A DNA stretch of 64,000 nt, from the NCBI GenBank assembly GCA_017592665.1, contig JAGFNW010000027.1:28264-92263 (forward strand), in the 5' to 3' direction. The stretch is from Streptosporangiaceae bacterium NEAU-GS5. GTDB taxonomy: Bacteria > Actinomycetota > Actinomycetes > Streptosporangiales > Streptosporangiaceae. Below, piece by piece: positions 9,840-18,926 of this stretch. Both the position numbers and the translations under genes were made by a program. Positions within the stretch are counted from its first letter, which is position 1, and each line of letters opens with the position of its first letter. The notes under the pieces are model-generated. The model saw nothing but the letters and a program-made list of their open reading frames with translations. It did no database searches and was not told the origin of the DNA.

Positions 9840-10310
9840 GTGACGACCCACCATGGACACATGAGCGCGTCCGGCATCGCCCCGGATTCCCAGGCCCGCC
9901 GCGCCCTCACGCGGCTGGCGGAGTGGCCCGCCATACAGATCGTCGCGGCGGGGTGCGGTTCGGGAGTGGGTGTCGGCTTGGCCGCAGACCCACGCCAGAT
10001 CCTCCACCTGCACTCCGATCGCGAGGCGGAGCTCTGCCTGACCCGCACGGCCATCGACCGGCTGCACGACGCGCTGGCCGAAACCGGTGCCGTCGGCGAG
10101 GCCGCCGACGGCGACTGGGCGACCGTCCTGCTCGACAACGACCGCGACATCGATCTCCTGCTGTCCCTGCTGAGCGTCGCGCTCAAGGCGCACGCCGCCG
10201 ATGGAGACCGGCCGCTGCCGCCCTGCTCGATCCAGTTCGCCGCGCAGAGCGCCACGCCCGCCCGGCGCCGACGCCGCCCCCGGTTCTCCGTACGGCCGCA
10301 CCGTCCGTAG
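9840..10310 (+). CDS. hypothetical protein
   Basis: 156-aa ORF with strong GC3 bias and no recognisable domain. No clear RBS, start uncertain (ATG 9840 or 9861). Confidence 0.35.
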   Translation: MTTHHGHMSASGIAPDSQARRALTRLAEWPAIQIVAAGCGSGVGVGLAADPRQILHLHSDREAELCLTRTAIDRLHDALAETGAVGEAADGDWATVLLDNDRDIDLLLSLLSVALKAHAADGDRPLPPCSIQFAAQSATPARRRRRPRFSVRPHRP

Positions 10311-10380
10311 GCGGAGAAATCCGGACCATCCGGAGACGGGTCCGCTCCGAATCGGGAGTGACCGTCTTCTGGAGGACTGA

Positions 10381-11781
10381 ATGCGCGCCATCGGACCCCT
10401 GCGCCCGGGTGACCCCCGCGATCTGGGCGACTATCGAATGATCGGCCGGATCGGCCGGGGCGGCCAGAGCGAGGTGTACCTCGCCGAGGGGCCCGGCGGC
10501 GAGCGCGTCGCCGCCAAGCTGCTGAACGCCGACTCGTGGACCAACGAGCGCGCCCAGCGGGCGTTCATGCGTGAGGTGGCCCTCGCCAAACAGGTCGCGA
10601 GGTTCTGCACGGCCCAGGTCATCGACGCCGGGATGCTCGACGGCCAGCCCTATTTGATCAGTGAGTTCATCGACGGGCCGTCGCTTGCCGAGCAGGTTGC
10701 CGCATCGGGGCCGCTCGAGGGCAGCGCCCTCGAGCGGCTCGCCATCGGCACGGCCACGGCGCTGACCGCCATCCACCAGGCCGGGATCGTGCACCGCGAC
10801 TTCAAGCCGGGAAACGTGCTGATCGGGCCGGACGGGCCGCGTGTGATCGACTTCGGCATCTCCCGCGAGGCCGACTCGACGGCCACGGCCACCAGCCAGA
10901 TCGTGGGAACGCCCGCGTACATCTCCCCCGAGCAACTGGCCGGGGGCCAGGCGGGCGCGCCCTCCGACGTCTTCGCGTGGGGCGTCACCATCGCCTACGC
11001 GGCCACGGGCCGCGCGCCGTTCGGGCAGGACGTCATCCCGGCCGTGATCAACCGGGTGCTCAACCAGTCGCCCGACCTGTCCCGCATCCAGTCGCCGCTC
11101 CGCGAGCTTGTCGCCCGGTGCCTGGCCAAGGACCCGCAGGAGCGGCCCACCGCGCAGGAACTGCTGCTGGCCCTGCTCGGCGGCACACCCGGCGAGGCCA
11201 CCCTGCCGGCGGCCGTGCGCGGCCGCCCGCTCGCGAAGACGTTCACCGCCGTGGCCGCGGCGCTCGTCGTCGGCGCCGGGGCCGGAGCGGGCGCGGCGGC
11301 CGCCCATCCCTGGGCTCCCGCCGCCGCGACCACCACGATCCTCACGGCGCCGCCGGCCACGGCGCCCTCGTCGACACCGTCGCCTTCGCCCACTGTGTCG
11401 GCGACTCCGGTGGCCCCGGACGTCGCCGGAATGTCGCGCAAGGAGGCGGAGTCCCGGATCAAGACGGCAGGCCTCGAGACCGGGAAGATCACCTGGGACT
11501 GCTCGGGCGACGGCACGCCGGACCGCGTGCTCCGGGCCGCGTTCCAGCCGGACTCGTCATCCGTCGACCTCGTCGTCCGCACGGGCAAGGCCCGGATCCC
11601 CGACGCGCGGGGCTGGCCGCTCAGTCAGGGGAAGGCGGCCGTGGAGAAGGCCGGATTCAGGGTGAAGGTCGGTTACAAGCAGGGCCGCGACTGGATCGGC
11701 AAGGTGGCCGCGCTCAAGCCGGCGGCGGGCACGCATGCCTGCGTGGGCTCGGAGGTGGAGCTTCGCGTCGGAGTGCGGTGA
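10381..11781 (+). CDS. Ser/Thr protein kinase with C-terminal PASTA domains
   Basis: Gly loop 'GRIGRGGQSEV', catalytic 'HRDFKPGNVLI' and 'DFGISR'. A Pro/Ala/Thr-rich linker plus predicted TM is followed by two PASTA-like repeats ('GMSRKEAESRIKTAGLETGKITWD', 'GWPLSQGKAAVEKAGFRVKVGY'). Confidence 0.85.
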   Translation: MRAIGPLRPGDPRDLGDYRMIGRIGRGGQSEVYLAEGPGGERVAAKLLNADSWTNERAQRAFMREVALAKQVARFCTAQVIDAGMLDGQPYLISEFIDGPSLAEQVAASGPLEGSALERLAIGTATALTAIHQAGIVHRDFKPGNVLIGPDGPRVIDFGISREADSTATATSQIVGTPAYISPEQLAGGQAGAPSDVFAWGVTIAYAATGRAPFGQDVIPAVINRVLNQSPDLSRIQSPLRELVARCLAKDPQERPTAQELLLALLGGTPGEATLPAAVRGRPLAKTFTAVAAALVVGAGAGAGAAAAHPWAPAAATTTILTAPPATAPSSTPSPSPTVSATPVAPDVAGMSRKEAESRIKTAGLETGKITWDCSGDGTPDRVLRAAFQPDSSSVDLVVRTGKARIPDARGWPLSQGKAAVEKAGFRVKVGYKQGRDWIGKVAALKPAAGTHACVGSEVELRVGVR

Positions 11782-11850
11782 AACCTGCCCGCCGACGGTG
11801 ACCATCGCTTCGCGTCGGGGTGCGGTGAACCGTCCGGTAGGCGGTGACCG

Positions 11851-12159
11851 TCACTCGGCGGCGGCCTCGGCCAGGCGGGGGCGCCACAGCTTGATGTCGT
11901 CGTCGAACACGCCGGCCCGCACATCCTGCACGGCCGTCGCGTAGCCGATCTCGAGCGCGTGCAGGAAGATCTGCAGAATCGCGAGCGGGGTCTCCTTGTA
12001 GTCGAACTGCTCCCACAGCCGGGCCACGGCATCGACCATGTTCGCGTCCGCGGGGTCGGCCACCGCGCGCCCATAGAGTCCGGCGACCGCAAGGGCGAGG
12101 TCGTCGATCTGTTGCTGGGCAATGACCGCCACGCTTTTCAGTATCGGCGTGGCCCCCAA
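11851..12159 (-). CDS. hypothetical small protein
   Basis: 102 aa, GC3-rich ORF, no recognisable domain. Confidence 0.35.
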   Translation of the reverse strand: MGATPILKSVAVIAQQQIDDLALAVAGLYGRAVADPADANMVDAVARLWEQFDYKETPLAILQIFLHALEIGYATAVQDVRAGVFDDDIKLWRPRLAEAAAE

Positions 12160-12214
12160 TAAAAAGCGGGATGTTGGCAGACCGTTAACGCACGTGTCGC
12201 TCGCCCGCCCTCCG

Positions 12215-12880
12215 CTAGCCAGGCGGCTCCGCGATCGGCGTGAGGAAGAGACCGAGCAGGTGGGTCGGCTGCGCGGTGCTGACCGGCAGCCCCTCCAGCA
12301 GGGCCATCAGCTCGCGCTGGAGGGTCTTGGCCTGCTCGGCGTCGAGCGCGAGCGGCGCCCAGTTGAAGGTGACCGCCGGGACCTCGTCGGCCAGCAGGCT
12401 GCCCGGATTCCAGTCGGCGGAACCGGGGGTCATGTCCAGGTGGACCTGGTCGTCGCCGTGGCGGTAGCAGCGCACGACCCAGTCGCCCAGCCCAGCCCTG
12501 GCCGCCTGCCGGGCCAGCGATGCCAGGAAGAAGGCCCGGGCGCCCTCGTCGACCAGGTCGAACAGGTGCAGCAGGTCGGCCTCGGGCAGTAACCCGAGCG
12601 GCGCGCGGAACTCGGCGGCGGCCCGATACATGGTGATGGGCCGGCCTTTGCGCGCGACCTCGCGGGTGATGTCGAGCAGCCCCTTGGCGGCCAGGGCCCG
12701 CACGCGGTAGGCCATCTTCTCGACGCTGACCCCGATTTCGCGGGCCGCCTCGGCCGCGCTGCGCTCGCGGCCCATGAACGGCTCGAGGAACCGCCGATCG
12801 GCCGGGCGGAGCAGCAGCCGGGCCGCCGGCGCCGACGTCACGACGCGGCTGTCCGAGCTACTCGACGGCGGCCCTTCCAT
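12215..12880 (-). CDS. winged-helix (ArsR-like) transcriptional regulator
   Basis: HTH block 'LEPFMGRERSAAEAAREIGVSVEKMAYRVRALAAKGLL'. Divergent from the CPBP protease gene. Start chosen at 'MEGPP' (12880); the track ORF extends to 12934. Confidence 0.6.
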   Translation of the reverse strand: MEGPPSSSSDSRVVTSAPAARLLLRPADRRFLEPFMGRERSAAEAAREIGVSVEKMAYRVRALAAKGLLDITREVARKGRPITMYRAAAEFRAPLGLLPEADLLHLFDLVDEGARAFFLASLARQAARAGLGDWVVRCYRHGDDQVHLDMTPGSADWNPGSLLADEVPAVTFNWAPLALDAEQAKTLQRELMALLEGLPVSTAQPTHLLGLFLTPIAEPPG

Positions 12881-12911
12881 TTCGAGGAGGTTAGCACCGA
12901 GCTTTGCCCCC

Positions 12912-13646
12912 ATGACAGCAACGATTACCCGCACGAGCGGGCAGCCGAAGCTCCACTGGCCGGCCGCGATCGCGCTGCACCTGTTCCCCGGCGCCGCGCT
13001 GCTGGCCTTCTATCTGATCGCGGCTCCGGCGCTCGACCGGGCCGGTCTCCCCCCGGTGTGGGGGCTGCTCGGCGGGATCTTCCTCGTCACCGTCCCGCTC
13101 CTGCTGGGGACGCTCGTACGCGCGCGGCGGCGCGAGGCGTCCGGCCAGAGCATGTCCGCCTTCCTCGGGCTTGGCCGCCCCTCCTTCCGGGTGGCGGTCG
13201 TGGCACTCGCCGTCTCCGTCCTCGCCTCGGGCGCGGTGGCGTGGGCCGAGCCGGCCGTACGGCACGCCGCCTTCGGCTGGCTGCCGCCGTGGTGGACGGC
13301 AGGGACCGGCGCGTTGTCCACAGTCGGGCCGGTGGTCCGGGTGACGACGATCGTCTTGTGGACAGCCGGTGCGGTGGTCGTCGGGCCCATCGTGGAGGAG
13401 CTCTACTTCCGGGGGTGGCTGCTGCCGCGGATGCCGGGTGGGCGGGGGGTCGCGTGGGTGTCCGGAAGCGCGTTGTTCGCCGTGTATCACCTCTGGCAGC
13501 CGTACGCCTGGCTGACCGTGGTGGCGGTCACGCTCCCGCTGGCCTGGGCCCGGTCCAAATCCGGCACTACGGCGACGATCCTCGTCCACTGCGCCATGAA
13601 CGCGCTGGCCTTCGCCGCCCTGCTCGCCGGGGGCCTTCAGCGATGA
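12912..13646 (+). CDS. CPBP family intramembrane glutamic endopeptidase (CAAX protease-like)
   Basis: Polytopic. Motif 1 'EELYFRGWL', motif 2 'FAVYHL', motif 3 'HCAMNA'. ATG at 12912. Confidence 0.8.
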   Translation: MTATITRTSGQPKLHWPAAIALHLFPGAALLAFYLIAAPALDRAGLPPVWGLLGGIFLVTVPLLLGTLVRARRREASGQSMSAFLGLGRPSFRVAVVALAVSVLASGAVAWAEPAVRHAAFGWLPPWWTAGTGALSTVGPVVRVTTIVLWTAGAVVVGPIVEELYFRGWLLPRMPGGRGVAWVSGSALFAVYHLWQPYAWLTVVAVTLPLAWARSKSGTTATILVHCAMNALAFAALLAGGLQR

Positions 13647-13650
13647 CCGG

Positions 13651-14571
13651 CTATCGGGGCCGCTGGGCCGCTTCGACCGCGGCGATCCACGTTTCGGCGA
13701 AGGCCTCCCCGTCGAGATCGGTGACCACCTGGATCGGCCGCCCATCCGAGTGCTCCTCGAAGGTCAGGTCGTCGCCGCTCATGGCCGTACGCAGGCGCTC
13801 CTCGCGCACCTCGGCGCCCGGCCAGCCCACCGCGACGGCGCACGCCACCGGATCCCAGTGGATGTTGAGCAGGTCGCCGGGCAGGGCGGGATGCGCGCGG
13901 CCCAGCTCGGTCATGCCGCTGTCCACGCCGTACGCCTCCGACTGGCGGGCCAGCAGCGCGCCGAGCGGGCCGGAGGCCGCCAGCCGCGGCAGGTGCGCGG
14001 CACGCAGGTGCGCCCTGAACGCCACGGGGAGCGTGACCAGTGTGATCCGGGCGTGCTCGGCCAGGATCCGGGCGGCCGACGTGTCGCACTGGACGTTCCA
14101 GTCCATGCGCGGCCCCCAGTCGGGCAGCCCAGGATCAGGCGGGTGGATCCAGCCGCCCATGGCCACCACGTCCGTCTCGCGCAACAGGCCGGGGTCGACC
14201 ATCGCCAGGTTGGTGAACGGCCCGATGGCCGCGATGGTGGCGCCGAGGCCGGCGCTTCGCTCGATCAGCTGGGCCGCGGCGCCGGGCGGCGCGGGCAGCG
14301 GTGGCACGGCCACGCCCCAATATCGGTCGTGGTCCGGGAGGTCGCCCATGGCCGCGCCCGTGGTCAGCGACGCGCCCGCTCCCGCGACGACGGGTATGTC
14401 CGCGCGCCCGAGCAGCGCGAGGCGGTGGGCCACGTAGCCGGCCCGCCGGCCGTCGGGGTCGGCGGTCGTCGTGATGCCGACGACCTCCACGCCGGGCCAG
14501 CCGAGGACCATCGCCAGCGCGCAGCCGTCGTCCGGATCGCCGCCGAGGTCGGTGTCGATGTGCAGGCGCAT
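13651..14571 (-). CDS. nucleoside hydrolase (IU-NH family)
   Basis: N-terminal aspartate cluster 'IDTDLGGDPDDGCALAM', characteristic of inosine-uridine nucleoside N-ribohydrolases. Confidence 0.85.
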   Translation of the reverse strand: MRLHIDTDLGGDPDDGCALAMVLGWPGVEVVGITTTADPDGRRAGYVAHRLALLGRADIPVVAGAGASLTTGAAMGDLPDHDRYWGVAVPPLPAPPGAAAQLIERSAGLGATIAAIGPFTNLAMVDPGLLRETDVVAMGGWIHPPDPGLPDWGPRMDWNVQCDTSAARILAEHARITLVTLPVAFRAHLRAAHLPRLAASGPLGALLARQSEAYGVDSGMTELGRAHPALPGDLLNIHWDPVACAVAVGWPGAEVREERLRTAMSGDDLTFEEHSDGRPIQVVTDLDGEAFAETWIAAVEAAQRPR

Positions 14572-14635
14572 GCCGTAAGTATCGTGGTCGCCGTCTCGTG
14601 GGCGTCCTCTAGCGGTCGCTGTCTCGTGGGCGCTT

Positions 14636-15499
14636 CTAGAGGTAGCCCCAGGACTCGCACATGGGCTTCAGCTCCTCCGGCACCTCGGCGGCGTCCGGCA
14701 ACGGGCGGCCCGGCTGGACGGATCCGGTGCGGATCTTCTCGCGCCAGTCGCCGATGCCTTTGACGAACTCGCCGTGGTCGTGCCGGCCGTACTGGAGCAT
14801 CTCGGGCTCCCACGGCAAGCCGAGGTGCGCGCACAGGCGGCGCAGCTCCTCTTCGGGCCGCTCGGTCAGCGCCTCGTAGCTCAGGGTGATTCCGGGCGTC
14901 ATCCGCCGGGCGTCGTCCATGTATTTGCCGTACTGCGAGATGAGCCGGACCGCCTCTTCCATAGGACGCATTTCGGGATCGGCCTCGTGCCAGGACTGTG
15001 CGATCGACACCGGATGCCGCTGGAGATAGACGGGCCGGGCGTCCGGCCAGCACGTGGAGATCCGGAGCCAGGCGAAGACGTTGCTCGGCGTCTTCTCGAC
15101 CAGGACGCGCTTGCCGCTGCGGGCCAGTTCGCGGTGGAGCATCCGGTCCCAGAGGATGTGCTCGACGTCGCTGTGGTTGTGCCCCAGCGCGGCCAGCGCC
15201 TGCTGCAGGGGGTCGGTCGGCAGGTTCACCGTCATCCGCCGGAAGTGGGTCTCGTGCGGGGCGTGGATCCACGAGTGGCTGTTCAGCAGGACCCGGAGCA
15301 GTGTCGACCCGGATCGTACGGGGGCCAGCACGAAGACGGGGGCGCGCAACAGGCGGTCATCACGCTCGGCCGGAGGCCGCATCTTGTCGCCCGGCATGCG
15401 TGGCGGAAGAAGCGGGACGGGGTTGCGTGGCCGGACTCGCTGAATGGAGTACCCAATCATCCCCTCAAGCGTGATATTGACCGCTTTCTTCCACTTCAT
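14636..15499 (-). CDS. sulfotransferase family protein
   Basis: PAPS 5'-phosphosulfate-binding loop 'VFVLAPVRSGSTLL' and 3'-PB region 'RHPVSIAQSW'. Start uncertain: ATG 15499 (MKWKK), 15397 or 15382. An AT-rich patch at 15420-15540 looks like the promoter. Confidence 0.7.
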   Translation of the reverse strand: MKWKKAVNITLEGMIGYSIQRVRPRNPVPLLPPRMPGDKMRPPAERDDRLLRAPVFVLAPVRSGSTLLRVLLNSHSWIHAPHETHFRRMTVNLPTDPLQQALAALGHNHSDVEHILWDRMLHRELARSGKRVLVEKTPSNVFAWLRISTCWPDARPVYLQRHPVSIAQSWHEADPEMRPMEEAVRLISQYGKYMDDARRMTPGITLSYEALTERPEEELRRLCAHLGLPWEPEMLQYGRHDHGEFVKGIGDWREKIRTGSVQPGRPLPDAAEVPEELKPMCESWGYL

Positions 15500-15760
15500 G
15501 CGGGTGAAGGGTAGTAAGACCTGGTAAAGGGGACGTGAACTGCGCTTGGGAAACCCGTGAGACCTGCCAGAGGGAGTCCTGAGGACAGTATTGTGAGACG
15601 TGGCGACCGTCCGCGCCCAACCTCCGGCGACCCGCCCCAGCCGGGTCACCCTACGGAGGCAAAGGGAGGCTCACCTCTCGGCCGGGGTCGTCATTTCGGT
15701 CGATCGCGCGCCCGCCGCACGGTCGCTGGGGGATCCGCGGCTGGGACGCGGGAGACGATC

Positions 15761-16873
15761 ATGACAAAGCAGGCCGACTTCAAGCGACGCGTGCGCGCCC
15801 GCATGGCCAAGACCGGCGAGTCCTACTCGGCCGCCCGCAGCATGCTGCTGGCCGAGCACCCGGGCCTGACGCCCGCAGACTCCCCGCTCGACTGGATGCC
15901 CGAGGCGCTGCACATCAGCAACGGCGACGCCACCGACGTGCCGGGCACGGGGCTCGCGACCCGGCTGATCTACTGGCGCGACATCCTGCACGAAGGGCCC
16001 GTGCCCGAGGTCCCGGCCGCCGAGCTGCGCCAGATCAGGGTCGACTACCTCACCCGCTTCGAGAGCGCCGAGCGCGACGTGACCCTGCGCCAGTTCACCG
16101 AGCGCGACCAGGCCGTCGAGGCCAATCGCGCCGGAGAGTACGTCCTGTGGTTCGAGGCCGACCTCTACGACCAGCTGCAGATCGCCGAACTCCTGGCCCG
16201 CGTGGCCGGTCTTGGCGTGCCGGCCGAGCACATCACGTTGATCTGCATTGGCGAGCACGCGGGCATCGCCCGCTTCGGCGGGCTCGGCGAGCTGACCGCC
16301 GACCAGCTGCGCGAACTGCCCAACACGAACGCGTGCGCCCGGCTGACCTCGGCCGCGCTCGAGCTGGCCACCCGCGCCTGGGCCGCCTTCCGCGCGCCCA
16401 CCCCGGAGGGCCTGCCGGCCATCGCCGCCGCGCGCCTCGGCGAGCTGCGGTTCATGGGTGAGGCCTTCGACCGGCTCTGCCGCGAATATCCAGCCACGCG
16501 CGATGGCCTGTCGCTGACCGAGCGCCGGGTCCTGGCCGCCGTCGCCGACGGCGCGCCCAACGCCGGCACGGCATTCGTACGCGCCGGGGCCCGGGAGACC
16601 CGTCCCTACATGGGCGACCTCACGTGCTTCGGCCGGATGGAGCAGATGGCGGCCGGGCCGCACCCGCTGCTCGCCCTCGATCCGCCCGGCGGTCCCGTGG
16701 AGGGGGCGACGGGCCTGCGGCTGACCGAGGCCGGAGCGCGCGTGCTGGCCGGGCAGGCCGACCGGATCGCGCTCAACGGCATCGACCGCTGGATCGGCGG
16801 CGTCCACCTGCAGGGCCACGACGTGCCCTGGCGCTGGGACGACGGCACCGAAACCATCGTTCAAGTCCCATAA
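15761..16873 (+). CDS. DUF1835/DUF3658-like protein with a short N-terminal 'KRRVRARMAKTGESY' motif
   Basis: ATG at 15761 in frame with track ORF 15557..16873. No catalytic motif recognised. Domain assignment is from memory of family architecture only. Confidence 0.55.
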   Translation: MTKQADFKRRVRARMAKTGESYSAARSMLLAEHPGLTPADSPLDWMPEALHISNGDATDVPGTGLATRLIYWRDILHEGPVPEVPAAELRQIRVDYLTRFESAERDVTLRQFTERDQAVEANRAGEYVLWFEADLYDQLQIAELLARVAGLGVPAEHITLICIGEHAGIARFGGLGELTADQLRELPNTNACARLTSAALELATRAWAAFRAPTPEGLPAIAAARLGELRFMGEAFDRLCREYPATRDGLSLTERRVLAAVADGAPNAGTAFVRAGARETRPYMGDLTCFGRMEQMAAGPHPLLALDPPGGPVEGATGLRLTEAGARVLAGQADRIALNGIDRWIGGVHLQGHDVPWRWDDGTETIVQVP

Positions 16874-16883
16874 GCTCCCAAAC

Positions 16884-17720
16884 ATGGCATTGCACATGAA
16901 TGTCCAGTGGATCCACGGCTCACCATCGGCCAAACACAACACCGACCCGGACATCCAGGTCCACCCGTACGACGAGCGCACGCTCATCCTGCGCCAGAAC
17001 AAGGCCGTCAACTACGAGGCCCCGTTCATGTTCCTGCTGTTCGGCGACGAGCGGGCGGTGTTGATCGACACCGGCGCGACGGTCTCGGCCGACTACTTCC
17101 CGTTGCGGTCGACGGTCGACGATCTCATCGAGGAGTGGCTGGCCCGCAACCCGCGCGACGACTACCACCTCCTCGTGCTGCACACGCACGGGCATGGCGA
17201 TCACGTCGCGGGTGACGGCCAGTTCGCCGACCGGCCCCGGACGACCGTCGTGAGCGCCGGCCGCCCCTCGGCCTGGGCGTTCTTCGGATTCGCCGACAAC
17301 CAGGACGCGGTCGCCACGGTCGACCTTGGCGGCCGGGTCCTGGAGTGCCTGGCCACCCCCGGTCACCATGAGGCGGCCGTGACCTACTACGACCAGGCGA
17401 CCGGCCTGTTGTTCACCGGCGACACCGTCTATCGGGGCCGCCTCTACGTGGAGGACTGGCCGGCCTTCGCCCGTACCATCGACCGGATCGTCGCGTTCGC
17501 CGACGCGCGGCCGGTCGCCCACGTCCTCGGCTGCCATATCGAGATGACCATCACGCCGGGGATGGACTATCCGATCGGCACGACCTACCAGCCCGACGAG
17601 CCGCCGCTCGAGATGACCGTGGATCACCTCCGCGCCATCCAGGCGGCGGTCGAGGAGATCGGCGACCGCCCCGGCGTGCACGCCTACTCCGACTTCGTCA
17701 TCTGGAACCAGGACGGCTGA
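16884..17720 (+). CDS. MBL-fold metallo-hydrolase
   Basis: Zn-binding 'HTHGHGDH', with downstream 'TPGHH' and 'GCH' ligands. Confidence 0.85.
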   Translation: MALHMNVQWIHGSPSAKHNTDPDIQVHPYDERTLILRQNKAVNYEAPFMFLLFGDERAVLIDTGATVSADYFPLRSTVDDLIEEWLARNPRDDYHLLVLHTHGHGDHVAGDGQFADRPRTTVVSAGRPSAWAFFGFADNQDAVATVDLGGRVLECLATPGHHEAAVTYYDQATGLLFTGDTVYRGRLYVEDWPAFARTIDRIVAFADARPVAHVLGCHIEMTITPGMDYPIGTTYQPDEPPLEMTVDHLRAIQAAVEEIGDRPGVHAYSDFVIWNQDG

Positions 17721-18872
17721 TCACGCATGCCACATGGCGGCGAGCCGCCGGGTGGCGAGCCGCTGTGGAATGGCGCGGAGCAGCGCGTCGCGCAGCCACG
17801 CCGGGGCGCCGGTCTGCGACGTCAGCCGTGACTGACGGGCCGAGGCCCGCATCAGGCGGTTGGCGCGCGGCCGGCGCTCCGCGTCGTAGGCGAGCAGACG
17901 CTCGGCGACGTCGGCGGGCTCGGCCCCGGCCAGGTGGCGGGTGACCGCGGCCGCGTCCTCGAAGGCCTGGCTGGCGCCTTGGCCGAGATCGGGGGTCATG
18001 GCGTGCGCAGCGTCGCCGAGGAGCGCGATCCGGCCGACGGCGAACGAGGGCAGCGGCTCGGCCAGACAGGCGACCGCGTCAACGTAGATGTCGGCGACCG
18101 GCGTGGCCTCGATCAGCGCGGGCACCACGGGATGCCAGTCGGCCATCAACGACGACAGCCGCTGTCGCGCCTCGCCCGCTTCGGGCGGCGGCGCCGAGCC
18201 GAGGGCGGAGTCGGTGAACCAGTAGAGAACGTCGTCGCCCACCGGAAACAGGCCGAACATCGATCCGCTCCGCCGGTCGATGAGAATGCCGGCCAGGAGT
18301 TCGGTCACGTCCAGGCCGGGAGGGTTGGGCAGCATCCCGCGCAGGTCCAACCGGCCGACCTGGCGTAGCCCCGGATGGCCGGGGAACAGCCGGCCGCGCA
18401 GGCCGCTGGCGATGCCGTCGGCCACGATGACGGCGTCGGCCCTGGCGATGGCCCGGCCGTCGCTTGTCACCGTCACCCCGTCGGCGTCGGGCTCCAGCGC
18501 GTCGATCGGCGTCGCCGTGCGCACGCATTCGGCCGGCAGCGGGGCGCGCAGCGCCCGATGCAGCTCAGTCCGGCTCATCACGCTCACCGCCCCGACCGTC
18601 CGCTGCGCGTCAGCCACGTCGGTGACCAGCAGCGGCCGCCCGCGCCAGTCGCGCAGCCCGCCGCTGACGGCCGGCATGGCCTGATCCCGGACGTGATCGG
18701 CCAATCCCAGCGAATCGAGCGCCCGCACACCGTTGGGCATGATCACGATGGCCGTGCCGGCCTCCCGGAGCTCGGCCCCGCGCTCGCACAACGTCACCTC
18801 GTGCCCGGCGCGACGCAACCCGGCCGCCGCCGACACTCCACCGAGCCCGGCGCCCACGACGACGATTTTCAC
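17721..18872 (-). CDS. FAD-dependent monooxygenase (aromatic-ring hydroxylase family)
   Basis: GTG start gives 'VKIVVVGAGLGGVSAAAGL' (dinucleotide-binding fold) and a 'GDAAH' second FAD motif. The track ORF to 19799 is an upstream artefact. Confidence 0.85.
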   Translation of the reverse strand: MKIVVVGAGLGGVSAAAGLRRAGHEVTLCERGAELREAGTAIVIMPNGVRALDSLGLADHVRDQAMPAVSGGLRDWRGRPLLVTDVADAQRTVGAVSVMSRTELHRALRAPLPAECVRTATPIDALEPDADGVTVTSDGRAIARADAVIVADGIASGLRGRLFPGHPGLRQVGRLDLRGMLPNPPGLDVTELLAGILIDRRSGSMFGLFPVGDDVLYWFTDSALGSAPPPEAGEARQRLSSLMADWHPVVPALIEATPVADIYVDAVACLAEPLPSFAVGRIALLGDAAHAMTPDLGQGASQAFEDAAAVTRHLAGAEPADVAERLLAYDAERRPRANRLMRASARQSRLTSQTGAPAWLRDALLRAIPQRLATRRLAAMWHA

Positions 18873-18926
18873 GACCCCTCCATTCACTACGATCGTACTA
18901 GTATCGATGTAGTTTACGATGGCGGC
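18873..18926. promoter_or_regulatory. divergent promoter/operator between the FAD monooxygenase and TetR genes, with palindromes
   Basis: Lower-GC 54-bp spacer 'cattcactacgatcgtactagtatcgatgtagtttacgat'. It contains the perfect palindromes TACGATCGTA, ACTAGT and ATCGAT. Confidence 0.45.

Noticed and set aside
9597-10391. 264-aa minus-strand ORF in the pit-kinase gap
   Set aside because: It is on the opposite strand to, and less coding-like than, the GC3-biased plus-strand ORF 9840-10310.
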